Below, piece after piece: positions 32,524 through 46,210 of a DNA stretch of 64,000 nt; position 1 is the first letter of the stretch; the number at the start of each line of letters is the position of its first letter. Position numbers and translations under genes: made by a program. Below the pieces are notes generated by a model that saw only the letters and a program-made list of their open reading frames with translations, searched no databases and had not been told where the DNA came from. The stretch spans positions 8,866,001 to 8,930,000 of the forward strand of contig CM022666.1 of NCBI GenBank assembly GCA_012295275.1, in the 5' to 3' direction. This stretch comes from Chrysomallon squamiferum (Eukaryota > Animalia > Mollusca).

Positions 32524-34983
32524 TTATTTTTTGTTGTAGTATAGCTGGACATAACGAGGGTAAAGTTGTGTTTTCGCTGGCGTCCTAGGGTTCGAGTGTT
32601 TCCGCTGAAACCTTGTCTCGCTGTTAGTCGGGACAGGTATCCTTGTTGCGCGGTTAACGTGTGGTTGTTGATATGGTAACGGCTGATAGAAGCCTGGACT
32701 TTTAGAAACATCTGAAATTAAATGCATCATTATTTATATTTATTTTTTCTTCTTTAATTACATACATACATACGAACATACGTACATATATATATACATA
32801 CATACATACATACATTTTAATACATACACACATGTTGTTAAAATGAAATGGCTTTACATATATATATATCTATATTGTATTGGGGAATGAAGTTGTTTTA
32901 ATCACGACAGTGATGTTGTTAAAATGAAAATGTCTTTACTGAAGTGATGATGATCTCATATTGTATTATGGGACGATGCTGTCGTTGTTGCTGTGACGGT
33001 CGTTATTGTAATGACTATGATGTTGTGAACACTATAATGTTCTCATTTAGATTATTTTGGTGACGTCATATTATTGATGGTCACTGTCATTGTAGTGATA
33101 GTGACGTCACTGTGGTGATAGTGACGGTAGGGCTATGCTAAAACTTACGAATGGTCTGTTGAACCGGAGACGTATCAAAATAACCTTGCTGCTGAAATCC
33201 ATTCGGCGGCCGATCCCGACTCCTAAACGTGGACCTCGATCGACTCCGGGCAGGAGGCTCACTGAAGTACATTGGTGGCTTTCTGGATAAAAATATATTT
33301 CTAAACGGAGACATGAATGGTTCAATGTGTCTTGTAGATGGTAGAAAAATATTTTTGAAAATATTTGGAGTCTGGATAAGCGGACTGTCGATGCCAGGAA
33401 ACAATATATTTCTTTTGTCTGGCTGCATGAGCGGGTTGGTAATGCCTCCCTGGAACATGTTGTTTGCTCCCGCAAAGGGGTTGTGGATGCCTGGAAGTAA
33501 AATCTTCCTCTGGTTGGAGAACCTACGCCCCATTTTTCTGTGCACGGCGAATCTATCGCGTGGAGCTACGAATTTCTTACAGCTGTCGGTTCCGTCGTAG
33601 CAGACGCAGTGACAGTTGTGGTCCATGTAGCCCTTGCCACATTCAAACGATGAAGATCTACAGGCACCTGCGCATTTAAAAGAAAAGAAAAAAAAAACGG
33701 AGAGAGAAATGTTTTATAGATGTTATATATAAACAGACGGACTATACTGACTTAAAAACACATATACTGACAAAAATACAGACTGACACACATACAATCA
33801 AACTGTCGGATATAGAGAAAAACACACAGATTGTTAGACAAACAAATATACAGATTGATAGGCAGACAGACAAGCATACAGTTTGATAGAAAGAAAGACA
33901 CACATACAGACTGACACATACAGATATACAAATAAAAAATCAGATTAACAGATAAACAAACATAGAGACTGATAGAAACAGACAAATACATACAATGACA
34001 GATTTACTAATGACAGATATTCAAGCAAACAATGAGATTAAGTGACATACAAACATACAGACTGATAGATACAAAGAATCTGTCTGACAGAGATTCTGAC
34101 ATACATACAGACAAACTTGTCAGACACAGACACACAGTTTTACAAACACGTTTGTGTGGTTAGACAGACATACTAACGTGCACAGTTGTACATCAGATTA
34201 ACAACTTTGTAGTCGGAAAATGAAATGGTGTTTGTATGCCCAATTATGTCCTGGAAACGTGGGTCCAGTGTTACCATGGTAACCTGTGCATCGTTCTTTG
34301 AAAACGCTTTCTTTCCGTAGTGCATGATGGACGTGTAGTCGTACTCGACGCCGTAGTCGGACACTCTCTCCGGGCGAAACTTGCGGAAGTTCTTCAGTTT
34401 GCCGAAGCCGACGTTTTGAGTGATGATTCGTATGTAGCTGTCACGATCCGGACGCTGATGTTCGTGAATTAGTCCAATCACGTGACCAAGTTCGTGAGTT
34501 ATGACGTGTTCCTGAAACGACAAACAACCACAGTAGTAGGAATTTTACGAATGCATCAAACCCATAGCTACGCTAAGAGACTCTGAGAGTGTCACGCATT
34601 GCAAACTGGGATGGCTTATACAGACAAGTGACGTGATTAAAAACCAGTTTCGTCATAATTGGAGCAAATGTCTGTTCGAATATATGATTAGTTTAGATTA
34701 AGTACAAGCACGCTTGAGATGGACATAAGCGTGGGACAGTTTAAGCCAGTAATCTGATTACTGTGAGTTTATTTTGTCAAAAAAAGAGTTCTTTTATTTC
34801 TATTTGCTGTCTATGGTAAGAAAACAATGTGCCACAGTCTAGTGTATATATTTAAAACTTGCATTATTCCGTGTCATCTTCTATACTGAGCCATATAAGC
34901 TTAGACAAGTGTATTAATAAATTATTACTTTCATAGGCACATCATAAATTATTAGTCTTATAGGTATTTAATAATTTTTTATT

Positions 34984-35014
<31 letters not shown>

Positions 35015-35146
35015 TAAAAAGATATTTCGTAAGATATATATACACACCACTCTGCAGTCTCGTTCTAGATTAAGAGATTGGACGCCTCCAACCATTCCAA
35101 CAAACGAATTACACCTGAAACATGAAATTATATAATTACCTTTATA

Positions 35147-35234
<88 letters not shown>

Positions 35235-36520
35235 AGCTCTTTTTCTTTCTGTGTCTTTCTCGAAGTCTTTCTTACTCTCTGAATTCCTTTTTTTCTTTCT
35301 TTCTGTCTGTCTAGCTTACACCAGTTCTACTTCGTACTCGCTCATTTTCTGCTTGTCTCCTTATCTGTCAGTGTACCTCTCTATTTTATGCTTGTTCATT
35401 TACTTCAACAGTTGTAAATATCATTTCAGTATACTATTTTGCACGTGCAGCATCAAAACTGTATTATTACCCTCGTTCACTCTGAACTCTGAGCACATTT
35501 TGATGATACGGTTTCGCGGGAACAAATCTGATGCACGTGCGTTCTTCCCAAGCCCTCATGGCTCGTCTTACTGTTACGGATTCTTCCGAACCTGACGAAA
35601 ACAAAAGTTGTTTCTTTAAATTATAATTAATAAATATTCAACGATTTCACGTCATCAGATATACCATAAAAGAAAAAGAAAAAGTGTATTCAAAGAGCTA
35701 GAACTTTATGTAAATTCAAGCCCGATGACCACTACTTAGTTATGACTTAAAGAGGCGATTTCTTTAATCATTTTTTTTTTCCCAGTGGCCTTCAAAAATC
35801 AAAAATATTTCTAAAAAGGAGAAAAAAATATATTTTCAGTTAATGACATACATTACTGAATGTTTAGGCACTGTTAAGATTTACTTTAGTGGATTCAGTA
35901 GATTTGTGAATCATCATATCTAAACTAAACAAGGTTTATGTCCCTTAACAGAAAAGAGAAAAAACAATTTTAGATGCTTCAAATAGGTCCGCACATAAAA
36001 TAAGGAGACCTTGTCTAATTAATTATATGTTAATTTTTGTGTTCTCTTTGATTTTCATGGACCCGGAACATATTCTCTGGTTATATATCTGCACCACACT
36101 GAATCAGCTACAGTCTAATATATCTGCTAGGCAAATACTCCAGACTTCGTTCAAACTTACTAAAGTCTCTGGTTATTTCAAAAGGAATGATGGCACCAGG
36201 CCAGTGGGTGTTTTCACTGAACAAAGCTTTTCTTTTAAACCTCTTCTTTTCAGGGTTCACTGGTTTCCGACTGGGTGGGGGCGAGTCCAGGGGAGGTGCA
36301 CTCTGAACCAAAGACTGACTGAACGTAAAATAAAATTTAAAAAAATTAAAAACCTACCACAATGTTTTTCAGTAAGTAAAATTAAGCTCGGGTTATTATA
36401 CACATACACATGAATATATATATACACATATATAATTACACACACACACACACACAGAGACAAACACATATACAGACACACACATAACCACAATATAGAT
36501 ATATAGATAGATAGATAGAC

Positions 36521-36563
<43 letters not shown>

Positions 36564-37614
36564 CAGACAGATATAGATATATAAAATATAAAACTGCGGT
36601 GAACGGCCTGAAATTATGCATTATTACCGGACGATTACGACAATGATCGGAAATACCCGAACGAAACTTACTCATTTCCGCTATAGTACGAAGTATATTC
36701 CTCTCTGCTTATCTTCATGTCATACTCTAGAATCACACTTCCGTCTGGTTGAAAGATTTCCTTGTCATAACCTGCAATATATATTTTATAGACAGACAGA
36801 CATATACATATACACAAACATACATACATTCATACATACATACACACACAGATACGCACACATCCATAAATACATACATAGAGAGACACATCCACATTTT
36901 TTACACAAATAATAACAATTTTTATCAAAAATTGCTAAAAACAAATACCACTATTAAGCAGCATACAAAAAAGAAAGGAAAGAAAGAACGAATGAAAAAA
37001 GAAAGAAAGAAAGAAAAACAAAAGTCGTACCTCCCCACTTGTTGTATCCCCCCTGAATGTACTCCTCTATTGAGTACCGACTGTGCAGTTTTTTTGGCAC
37101 GGCGAAGTTGCTCGGTGACTCCAGCATGATGGGGTTGTCCGGGTACATGCTCTGAGGCGCCAGGGGAGAGTGAACCAGTCTGTCCGCTACCTGCCTCTTC
37201 GTTATGTTAGCATAGTGAGCAGCACTCTGAAAAAGTCAAGAGAAAAAACGACAACGACAAAAAATACTTTTATTACTGCTGCTACCGCTGCTGATTATGT
37301 TTCTGTTACTATTACAGACCGAGGATCTCTTACCCGAAATTCCGAAATCCGAAAAGCTCGGAAATCGGAAACTACTTTCTGAGCAGCAGAGATAGTGATA
37401 TCTTACAGTCTTCGGATTGTTTTGCATATACGAACTTCATTTTAAGCAAAAAAATCGTTAAAAATATTAAAGCTGCATATGAAATAAAAATGGAATTTGT
37501 ATTTAGAATTAAATCCTGTTCTAAATAATTCAGAAATTCTAAACACTTCTATTATTTCCGATAAAGGATTCTCAGCCTGTAGTAACGTAATACCAATATT
37601 ATAGCCACTGCTGA

Positions 37615-37649
<35 letters not shown>

Positions 37650-38088
37650 TTTTATTACTACTACTATTCAGACTAGTACGATTTTTGCTACTGATATTGG
37701 AACTGTTATTACTACTGTTACTACCACCACTATTAGTATCATTACTACAACTACTACTCTTATTATTATTGCTACTACAGCTTCTATTTTACTACTGCTG
37801 GTGTTACCTCTAGTTTTACAACTACTGTTATTAATACTACGACTACGACTATGTCTTACACTACTGCAACTTATGTGAAGTATCTTTCTAGAGAGAGGAA
37901 AGCACATCTTTGAACAGTAGCAACAGTAATGGTGGTAACATGAATACAATATTCATAAGCAATCAACTACAACTAGTAAGAGTAGACTCGTGTATCCTGT
38001 TCTCGACACGGCTGAGTAGTCGACTTACTTGGACAATGATGCTGCTAAGCAAACACAGCGTGACACTGGAAATAAACCCAACCTCCAT
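32524..38088 (-). CDS. Astacin-family (M12A) zinc metalloprotease B, secreted preproprotein about 580 aa; exons 38088-38029, 37226-37031, 36771-36672, 36318-36161, 35591-35471, 35114-35048, 34511-34178, 33667-33149, 32711-32524
   Basis: GT-AG introns with consistent phases (1743 nt). Signal peptide MEVGFISSVTLCLLSSIIVQSAA, LEYDM, RFKR|KAL, HWPGAIIPFEI, HELGHVIGLIHEHQRPDRD, SIMHY, EGF-like module, long Pro/Arg/Phe-rich tail. The last exon is inferred from the donor C|GTAAGT at 33149/33148 and the acceptor tttcag at 32712. Confidence 0.92.
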
Positions 38089-38182
38089 GACTGGTTCAGT
38101 TAGTCAGCCACCTGAATGTAAATAATAGGTGTAAGTTAGGCAGATAACTTTTGTGTACATACATACATACATACATACATAT

Positions 38183-38213
<31 letters not shown>

Positions 38214-39505
38214 CATACATACATGCATACATACACATACATATATGCATCCATACATACACACATATATATATATATATATTCAAAAACAAACACACAC
38301 ACACACATATACAAAAGCACATTTTCGTTAGCATGTCTCAATATAATTATGAAAGTATATATGTATTTGTGCGTCTGTATGTCTGTTTGTATGTGTGTAT
38401 GTAAGAATCACATACCTATGTGCAGAACGTTGACGCTAGTCCTACACCCAGGTTCTCTTCTGACTGACAATTTTCTTCAAGTTACTAGTCGAAACTGAGT
38501 TAACAGCTGAACGGTTACATGAAGACATTCGGCCTGTCATACTGTATGATCCATTGTTTCGCGAGAGGGTAAATCATGATGATGAAGTGCCACACATCAA
38601 AGAGGTGTCACGATCTGACATCCGTGCAGTCAGCTTCTGTGACAAATTGAACTGGTGTCTTCATCGTGCGACCATGTGCAGATCTTATCCGACTCGTCCC
38701 AGCCGGTCAACCTGTCAGTGTGTCCGTCTGTGTGTGTGTGTGGCTGTGTGTGTGTGTCTGTGTGTATGTGTGTATCAGTGTGTTTGTGTCTGTGTGTATA
38801 TGTGTATCAGTGTGTATGTGTGTGTGTCTGTGTGTGTGTGTCTGTATGTATGCGTGTCTGTGTGTGTGTGTCTGTGTGTATGTGTGTATCAGTGTGTATG
38901 CATTTGTATGCTACAAATATTTGTTTGATCATGATAAATACATCTATGGGTTGTACTAGTTTTTATGTATTTTGTGTATATGTATTTATGTATCTATGTA
39001 TGTATGTATATATGTATGTATGTGTGCATATATATTTATGTGTGTATATGTATGTAATGACAGACGGATAGACAGACAGATATATAGATATATCGATAGA
39101 TAGATATATAGATAGATAGACAGGCAGAGAGAAAATCAGACATACGGACAGATAACAGGATGGAGTGATACACACATGGATGGATGGATGGACATACAGA
39201 TAAACAGAGAGATAAATAATACAGAAAGATAGTAATGTTTCAAGGTATTCCAAATTTTTTGTTAATTTAATATTCTTCCTCGTGGAAAGCAATAAATAAA
39301 TAAATATAATTTTTTATTTCTCTCTAAATTATTTTTGGTTCAACGCGGAAAATGGACTGTCAGACTGTTGATATATTCCCACTTCAATGAAACCATTCAT
39401 AACAAATTGTCTTCGGCTCCTTTGACATTCCGAGTTGTGGCGTCATCTGATTGTCACTTTCTAACCAGATGTTAAATATATGACTGTATGCTGACTTTAT
39501 TATTT

Positions 39506-39549
<44 letters not shown>

Positions 39550-39583
39550 GTATATATATTAATTATGAATATATTTGAAAGAA

Positions 39584-39643
<60 letters not shown>

Positions 39644-39689
39644 ATTGATGTGCCTGTCTATGTGTGTATATATATATATGAGTGTGGAT

Positions 39690-40750
39690 AAATCAGCTAA
39701 AAAAATCCTTTGAAATTTATAGCTAAAAAATCTATATATAATTTTTTTTAAATTATACAAAATATAAAACTTTTCTAACTATACACACGATGAAAGACAT
39801 GGACACTATCATTACAAAACAAAATGTCTAGTTACTATCTCTAGTAAAAAAATTCATAAGACCAAAATCAAAATTTGATACTGCACATCGAAGTTCCAGA
39901 TTGCAAGAATGTTGTCGTTAGTCTACGTGAACAAATGATCAATATATCCTACATTTTCCTTCCATACATCTCGTAGTCACTTTATCCAAATGCAGCTCTG
40001 AATCTCCTAATATATGTTCTTTTTCCATCTTTACTTGATTTTAGTTTATAATTCCTTCTTAGTGAACTTGTCTATTCGATCTCTGTGTACATTTTCCCTC
40101 ACTGAATTTTACAAGCAGTAATTCATTTGTTTTTAATCCGGGCTTTCAGGTGGCCATTTATTCATCTTTATTCATGAGTGCTGGTGCTGCATGTTGTTAA
40201 AAAATAAAGTCATTGTCGGCGAATAAATAGTTTTAGTCTTTAAGTAACTTAATCTAAATTTCAAAACTGACTTTAGTTGTCTTAGTGTAAGCGATGTAGA
40301 TCCTCGATTTTCCACGCCACAAACCTCCTGAAATTTTTTTCTCACTCTCTTTACTGATGATATCATTCACTTCTTTCCTGGAAATTCCTTATGTTTCTTG
40401 CAATGAGGCATCGTTTTTCAGTGAAGCAAGTTGTAATTAAGTCCTTATCCTAGTGGACAGTACCGTCCTACTTGTGATCTAATGAAAACCAATACTAAAA
40501 TGACTGAAACCATGATTTGTCTTTTAATCCACAATTTTTGTCTGTTTACTCCTCAGCCAAACGACATTTGATTGACAGGTGTCACTGCACTGCAATCAGA
40601 GACATGATGCGGAAGTCAGTTCATAATATGCTATTTTCAAAATCTAATTTGTAAAAACAATTTAGGTCCTATGTAAAAATATTTATTTATGTAAAAGGAT
40701 AGCATCTTGAAAGGTCTTTTATCATGTAAAGAGTTACAAAGTTTCAAAAT
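39690..40750 (-). mobile_element. Decayed Tc1/mariner-superfamily DNA transposon, copy 1
   Basis: Minus-strand broken translation F*QHAAPAL (FQQDxAPAH-like), KWPPESPD*KQMNYCL (WPPxSPDLNPxDY-like), then ...KIK*RWKK...*LRDVWKENVGYIDHLF, the typical transposase C-terminus. Boundaries approximate. Confidence 0.72.
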
Positions 40751-41554
40751 ACATTTGATCAAATACGACATATTATCAATCTGAGTGGGGTTTTTAGGAT
40801 GGGAATGTTGTTATTTTTATTGTAGTCCTGGTGGTGTTGGTGGTCGTCGTGGAGGTATTCCTATCTTTATTTTAATGGTAATACGTTTAGCCTGTATTTA
40901 TTTGAATAGTTTAATTATTATTAATTTAATGGTAAAAGTGATGCCAGTACTGGTAATAAATAGTTGTATTAGTACTAGCAGTAGCTGTAGTAGTAGTAGA
41001 AGTAACAGTAATAGTAGCTGTAATAGTAGTAGCACTAATAGTATAAGTAGCAGCAGCAGCAGTAGTAGTAGTAGTACTAGTAGTAATAGCAGTACTACTA
41101 GTAGTAGTAGTCTTTTAAAACACAGAGGGAGAAAAGGAAATAATTCTTCTTAGAAATTACTTTCTTTGTTTCTTTTGTTTGTTTGTTTGTTTGTTTGTTT
41201 TGTTTTTGTTATTGTTCTGGTTGTTACTACTATACTATTACTACTTCAAATGTATTATTATTGTTATTATTATTATTACTATTATTATTATCATCATTAT
41301 TATTATCGTATTATCACTACTGCTGCTGCTGCTGCTATCACTATTATTTATGTTTTATTATTATTGTTGTTGTTGTTGTTGTTCTTAATGTTGTTTATAA
41401 AAAATAACGAAAGAAATAGCTTTAAAATATTCTGTCAGAGTACAAGATATTATGAACATATTAATATGTATTACAGTTTTATTAGGCTAAATTTAAAATG
41501 TAATAAAAATCCAAATTTATGTATGTGTATGCATGTGTGTGTTTATATTTAAGG

Positions 41555-41607
<53 letters not shown>

Positions 41608-42124
41608 TACTTTGAGATCTCTAGCCTTCAGGTTTTAGTCTGTTTTTTCGCTGTTCCGATCACTGTTGCTACTATTCTGTTGTTGCCATCCTTTCTCTGC
41701 CTCAAATAGTTTTGTAACAAAGATGTGATCGTATATAACTGCGGTTACCTAGGAAACTCATGATTGTAATACATTATTGATAACGTCACATAATCTTCTA
41801 TTCGTCCTTTTCTTTCGTTTTTCCTTCTTTTTTTCTTCTGCTTTTTCCTCATTCTTCATTCTTCTCGTATCAAGGTTATAATACCAATAGTTGTAGTAGT
41901 AGTAGTAGCAGCAGTAGTAGTAGTAGCAGCAGCCAGCAGCAGTAGTAGTAGCTACGTGATTATTATTAAAAATATTGTTTCTGCTGTTATTTGTATGCTC
42001 TTTTTGTTTTAATTTTTGCTGTTGTTGCTCGAGTAATGTTATTGCTGATGTTGTTTTTCCATTTATTGCTAACGTTACGGCGTGTTTTATTTTTTAACGA
42101 TCTTTATTTTATTTTCATCTTTCA

Positions 42125-42293
42125 GAATTCTTAAGCGAGACAATAAACAGGTCTGAGAAAATTGCAAGTCGTCTACGATTAACAGAAATGGAAGGACGTG
42201 TCAGTACGTCTGTCTCTGGTTTTGTTTTCCACGACAGTCTCGACGTGGAAACACCGCCTTGTCTCTCTTTTCGCGACGACATTTCCTTTGGAA
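42125..42293 (+). pseudogene. 3'-truncated copy of the orphan Ser/Thr-rich exon
   Basis: ttcag|AATTCTTAAGC...ATGGAAGGACGTGTC...ATTTCCTTTGG, then similarity to 47110-47807 is lost. Confidence 0.7.
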
Positions 42294-43410
42294 AGATTTA
42301 TTATCTAAAACGATAGTTATTTGCAATGTCTTTCATCATGTAAAGAGTTAGAAAGTTATATTTTTTGAAGTACGAGATGCTATTGACGTTTTTAGGTGGG
42401 AATGTTGTGTTTTGATTGTTTTGTTGTAGTTGTTGTTGGTGGTGGTCCTGGTGGTGGTATACTTTTTTTTTTTCTTTATTTTTTTTTTTATTGTTACTAC
42501 TACAATTGTTACTACAACTAATTCATTGTTATTGTTACTATTGTTATTACTATTATTATTATCATCATCGTCATCACTGCAATTGTAGTATCACAACTAG
42601 TGCCACTGCTGCCATTACCAATTTTCATGTTTTATTATTATTATTATTTTTGTTGTTGTTATTTATAAAAAGTAACGAAAGAAATAGCTTTAAAATATTA
42701 CTGATTCTTTCAGAGTCCAAAATACTACGAACAAATTAATATTTATTACAATTTTTACTTCCTACTAATTGTAGCAGTAGTAACAGCAGCAGTAGTTGTA
42801 GTGGTAGTAGTAACTTTTTAAAACAGAGGGAGAAAAGGAAGAATTCTTGGAAATTACTTTATTTTGTTTCTCTCTTTTGTTCTTGTTGTTTCTACTACTA
42901 TTAATACTGCTCCTAATGCATTATTATTATTATTATATGATCACTACTACTGCTGCTGCTGCAGCTATTACTATAATTAATGTTTTATTATTAGTATTAT
43001 TATTGCTGTTGTGGTTACATCGCTTCCTACGAAGCACGCCTTCGTTCTCTTTCTTAATTTTTGCTTTCATCTTTTTTTCGTGGGAAACCTGGCACTGGCA
43101 AGTGTGTATTTTAGGATTTGAATATTCTGAGTCTTATGTTAGTCTGATTAGACTCTGCACATAGACAATATTCGATAAAGCACTGGCGCAGGAAAACAAA
43201 CTCCAGTCCTAACCTCACAAACCCGTTCAGATGCGACTGACGAGACTCGAACGTTTGCGCCCAGTCGCCAGCACTCCGAAGTTCGTCAATCGCAGGCAGT
43301 CATCTCTTCCCTGGAAGCTCGCAGTTCTTTTGTCATGTGTGTATCTGTCTGTGTATGTATGTATGCATAGATGTATGTGTATGCATCTGTGTGTGTGTGT
43401 GTGTATGTGA

Positions 43411-43444
<34 letters not shown>

Positions 43445-44068
43445 TGAGATCTCCAGCCTTCAGGTTTTAGTCTGTTTGTTCGCTGTTACGGTCACTGTTG
43501 CTATTATTCTGTTGTTGCCATCCTTTCTCTGCCTCAGATAGTTTTGTAACAAAGATGTGCATCGTATTTCATCTGCGGTTACCTAGGACACTCATGTTTG
43601 TAATACATTATTGATCATGTCTTATAATCTTCTATTCGTTCTTTTCTTTCGTTTTTCCTTCTTTTTCACTTCTGCTTTTACCTCATTCTTTATGCTTCTC
43701 TTATTCTCAGTTGTCATAGTAGCAGTCCGACTAGTAGTAATAATAGTAATAAAGGTTATAATACTAATAGTTGTAGTAGAAGTAGTAGTAGTAGTAGTAG
43801 CAGTAGCAGCACTAGCAGTATTAGTTGCAGTAGCAGCAGTAGTAGTAGCAGTAGTAGTAGTAGTGGTAGTAGCAGTAGTAGTAATACATGATTATTATTA
43901 AAAATATTGCTGCTGCTGTTTGTTTGTATACTCTTTTTGTTTTAATTTTTCCTGTTGTGGCTCTTGTAATGTTATTGCTGATGTTGTTTTTCCTCTTATT
44001 GCTAACGTTACGGCGTGTTTTATTTTTTAACGATCTTTATTTTATTTTCATCTTTCATCGTCTTTCAG

Positions 44069-44240
44069 AATTCTTAAGCCAGACGATAAACAGATCTGAG
44101 AAAATTGCAAGTCGTCTACGATTAACAGAAATGGAAGGACGTGTCAGTACGTCTGTCTCAGGTTTTGTTTTCCACGACAGTCTCGACGTGGAAACACTGC
44201 CTTGTCTCTCTTTTGGCGACGATATTTCCTTTGGAAATAT
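44069..44240 (+). pseudogene. 3'-truncated copy of the orphan Ser/Thr-rich exon
   Basis: Encodes EFLSQTINRSEKIASRLRLTEMEGRVSTSVSGFVFHDSLDVETLPCLSFGDDISFG, then diverges at the same point as the 42125 copy. Confidence 0.7.
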
Positions 44241-44803
44241 TTATTATTTGCAATGTCTTTCATCATGTAAAGGGTTAGAAAGTTATATTTTTTGAAGTAC
44301 GAGATGCTAGTGACGTTTTTAGGTGGGAATGCTGTGTTTTGATTGTTTTGGTGTAGTTGTTGTTGGTGTTGGTGCTTGTTGTGGTATTCTGATATTTTAT
44401 TATGATGGTATTATGTTTAGGCTCTACATATTGAAAAATTTAATTATTGCTAATTTAGTGGTAAAAGTGATGCCGGTGCTGGTAATAAATAGTCGTATTC
44501 GTGCTTGTTCCTTATTGTTGTTCTTCTTGTTACTACTACTAGTGTTACTACTACTAATGCATTATTATTGTTACTATTGTTATTACTAATATTATTATCA
44601 TAATCATCATTTTCATTATTATAGTATTATCACTACTACTGCTGCTGCTGCTATTACTATTATTAATGTTTTATTATTAGTATTATTGTTGTTGTTGTTG
44701 TTGTTGTTTATAAAATGTAACGAAAGAAATAGCTTTAAAATATAATTCATTCTTTCAGAGCCCAAGATATTATAAACAAATTAATAATGGTAGAAGTAGT
44801 TGT

Positions 44804-44859
<56 letters not shown>

Positions 44860-45515
44860 TAGTTTTATAAAACAGAGAGAGCAAAGGAAAGAATTCTCGG
44901 AAATTACTTGTTTTGTTTGTTTTGTTTTATTTTTGTTGTTTCTACTACTATTATTACTATTTCTAATGCATTATTATTTTATTATTATTATTACTATTAT
45001 TATTATCATCATCGTTATTCTTGTTTATCACTATTACTGCTGCTGCTGTTGCTATTACTATTATTAATGTTTTATTAATAGTGTTATTATTGCTATTGTT
45101 GTTTCTGTTGTTTACCAAAAAAAATAACGAATGAAATAGCTTTGAAATATTATTGATTCTTTCAGAGTACAAGATATTATGAACAATTAATAATTATTAC
45201 AATTTTTACTTATTTTATTAAGCTAAATTTAAAATATAATAAAAATCCAAATATAATGATTAACCAATTATTGTGAAATAATAATAACTAAAGGTGGAAA
45301 AAAAATGTATTATTAATATTATTCAGTTAATGATCAGTTCAGTAACGAAAGTAAATAAAATGTCGTAACCTGAAGAATTAATGTAAACACTATTCGTACA
45401 GCAATTAGCGTACAAAACTAAAAACATTCGTCAGTTTCATCTTTTTATAATAAAATGTCTTTGTCAATTTGGTCCGCGGTTTAGACTTTATCCAACAGCA
45501 ACATCCGGGATGTTG

Positions 45516-45764
45516 TTAGCTGTAAGAAGGACATCTGTCGAAACAGGCCATCCTCTCCTCCCTGCACGTCTTTGTACACTCGCGGTACGACTGACGCCTC
45601 GGCATGTTTGCCCCGGGGTTACCAGAGCCACACCCATTCTGCTCCGCACATTCGTAAAAGCGGTCAAAACAGCGTGCGCGGCACTGAACAATTCCGGCTG
45701 ATGTCTGTTCAGAAAGCAGCAACAGCGACAACGCCACCAGCACCAGTGTAGTTTTGAACATCAT
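45516..45764 (-). CDS. Secreted cysteine-rich peptide, copy 1 (82 aa: 23-aa signal + 59-aa mature, 8 Cys); toxin/pheromone-like
   Basis: MMFKTTLVLVALSLLLLSEQTSA|GIVQCRARCFDRFYECAEQNGCGSGNPGANMPRRQSYRECTKTCREERMACFDRCPSYS. GC-rich island in AT-rich flanks; acceptor ttttaaacag| 8 nt upstream of the ATG. Confidence 0.88.
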   Translation of the reverse strand: MMFKTTLVLVALSLLLLSEQTSAGIVQCRARCFDRFYECAEQNGCGSGNPGANMPRRQSYRECTKTCREERMACFDRCPSYS

Positions 45765-46172
45765 ACTGAACACTGTTTAAAATAATAAAAATTTTAATTT
45801 TACAGAAATAATCATCATCAACAGTAATAACCTCATAATCATATGATTTTGTTATTTTTCCTTTCACCACGGAAACGGAAAACAAATACATAATTATTCA
45901 TAAATACATATTTGTCAGTATTTTTCTTATACTTCTTCTTTATAATAATAATAAGAAGAACAACAACAACAACAACAACAAAAACAAGAAGAAGAAGAAG
46001 AAAAACAACAACAACAACAGTAATAACAAATCTTTGCTATTGCTGTGATTGTTCTAGTCATGCAGCTGCGCCTTCAGTGGTTACCTTCTGGTTTCCATGA
46101 TAACGAGACTTATTCTCAGACAGAACTTTTTCCTTGTGGTAAGAAGACGTTTTATTTTTGTCTCGTCCTTTC

Positions 46173-46210
<38 letters not shown>

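Noticed and set aside
33138-33148. Stop at 33138 as the end of astacin B
   Set aside because: A perfect GTAAGT donor precedes it and an in-phase exon follows at 32711-32524; it could still be an intron-retention isoform.
45488-45701. Overlapping alternative-frame and antisense ORFs on the peptide exon (also on the GPCR and orphan exons)
   Set aside because: Shadow ORFs of GC-rich coding sequence.
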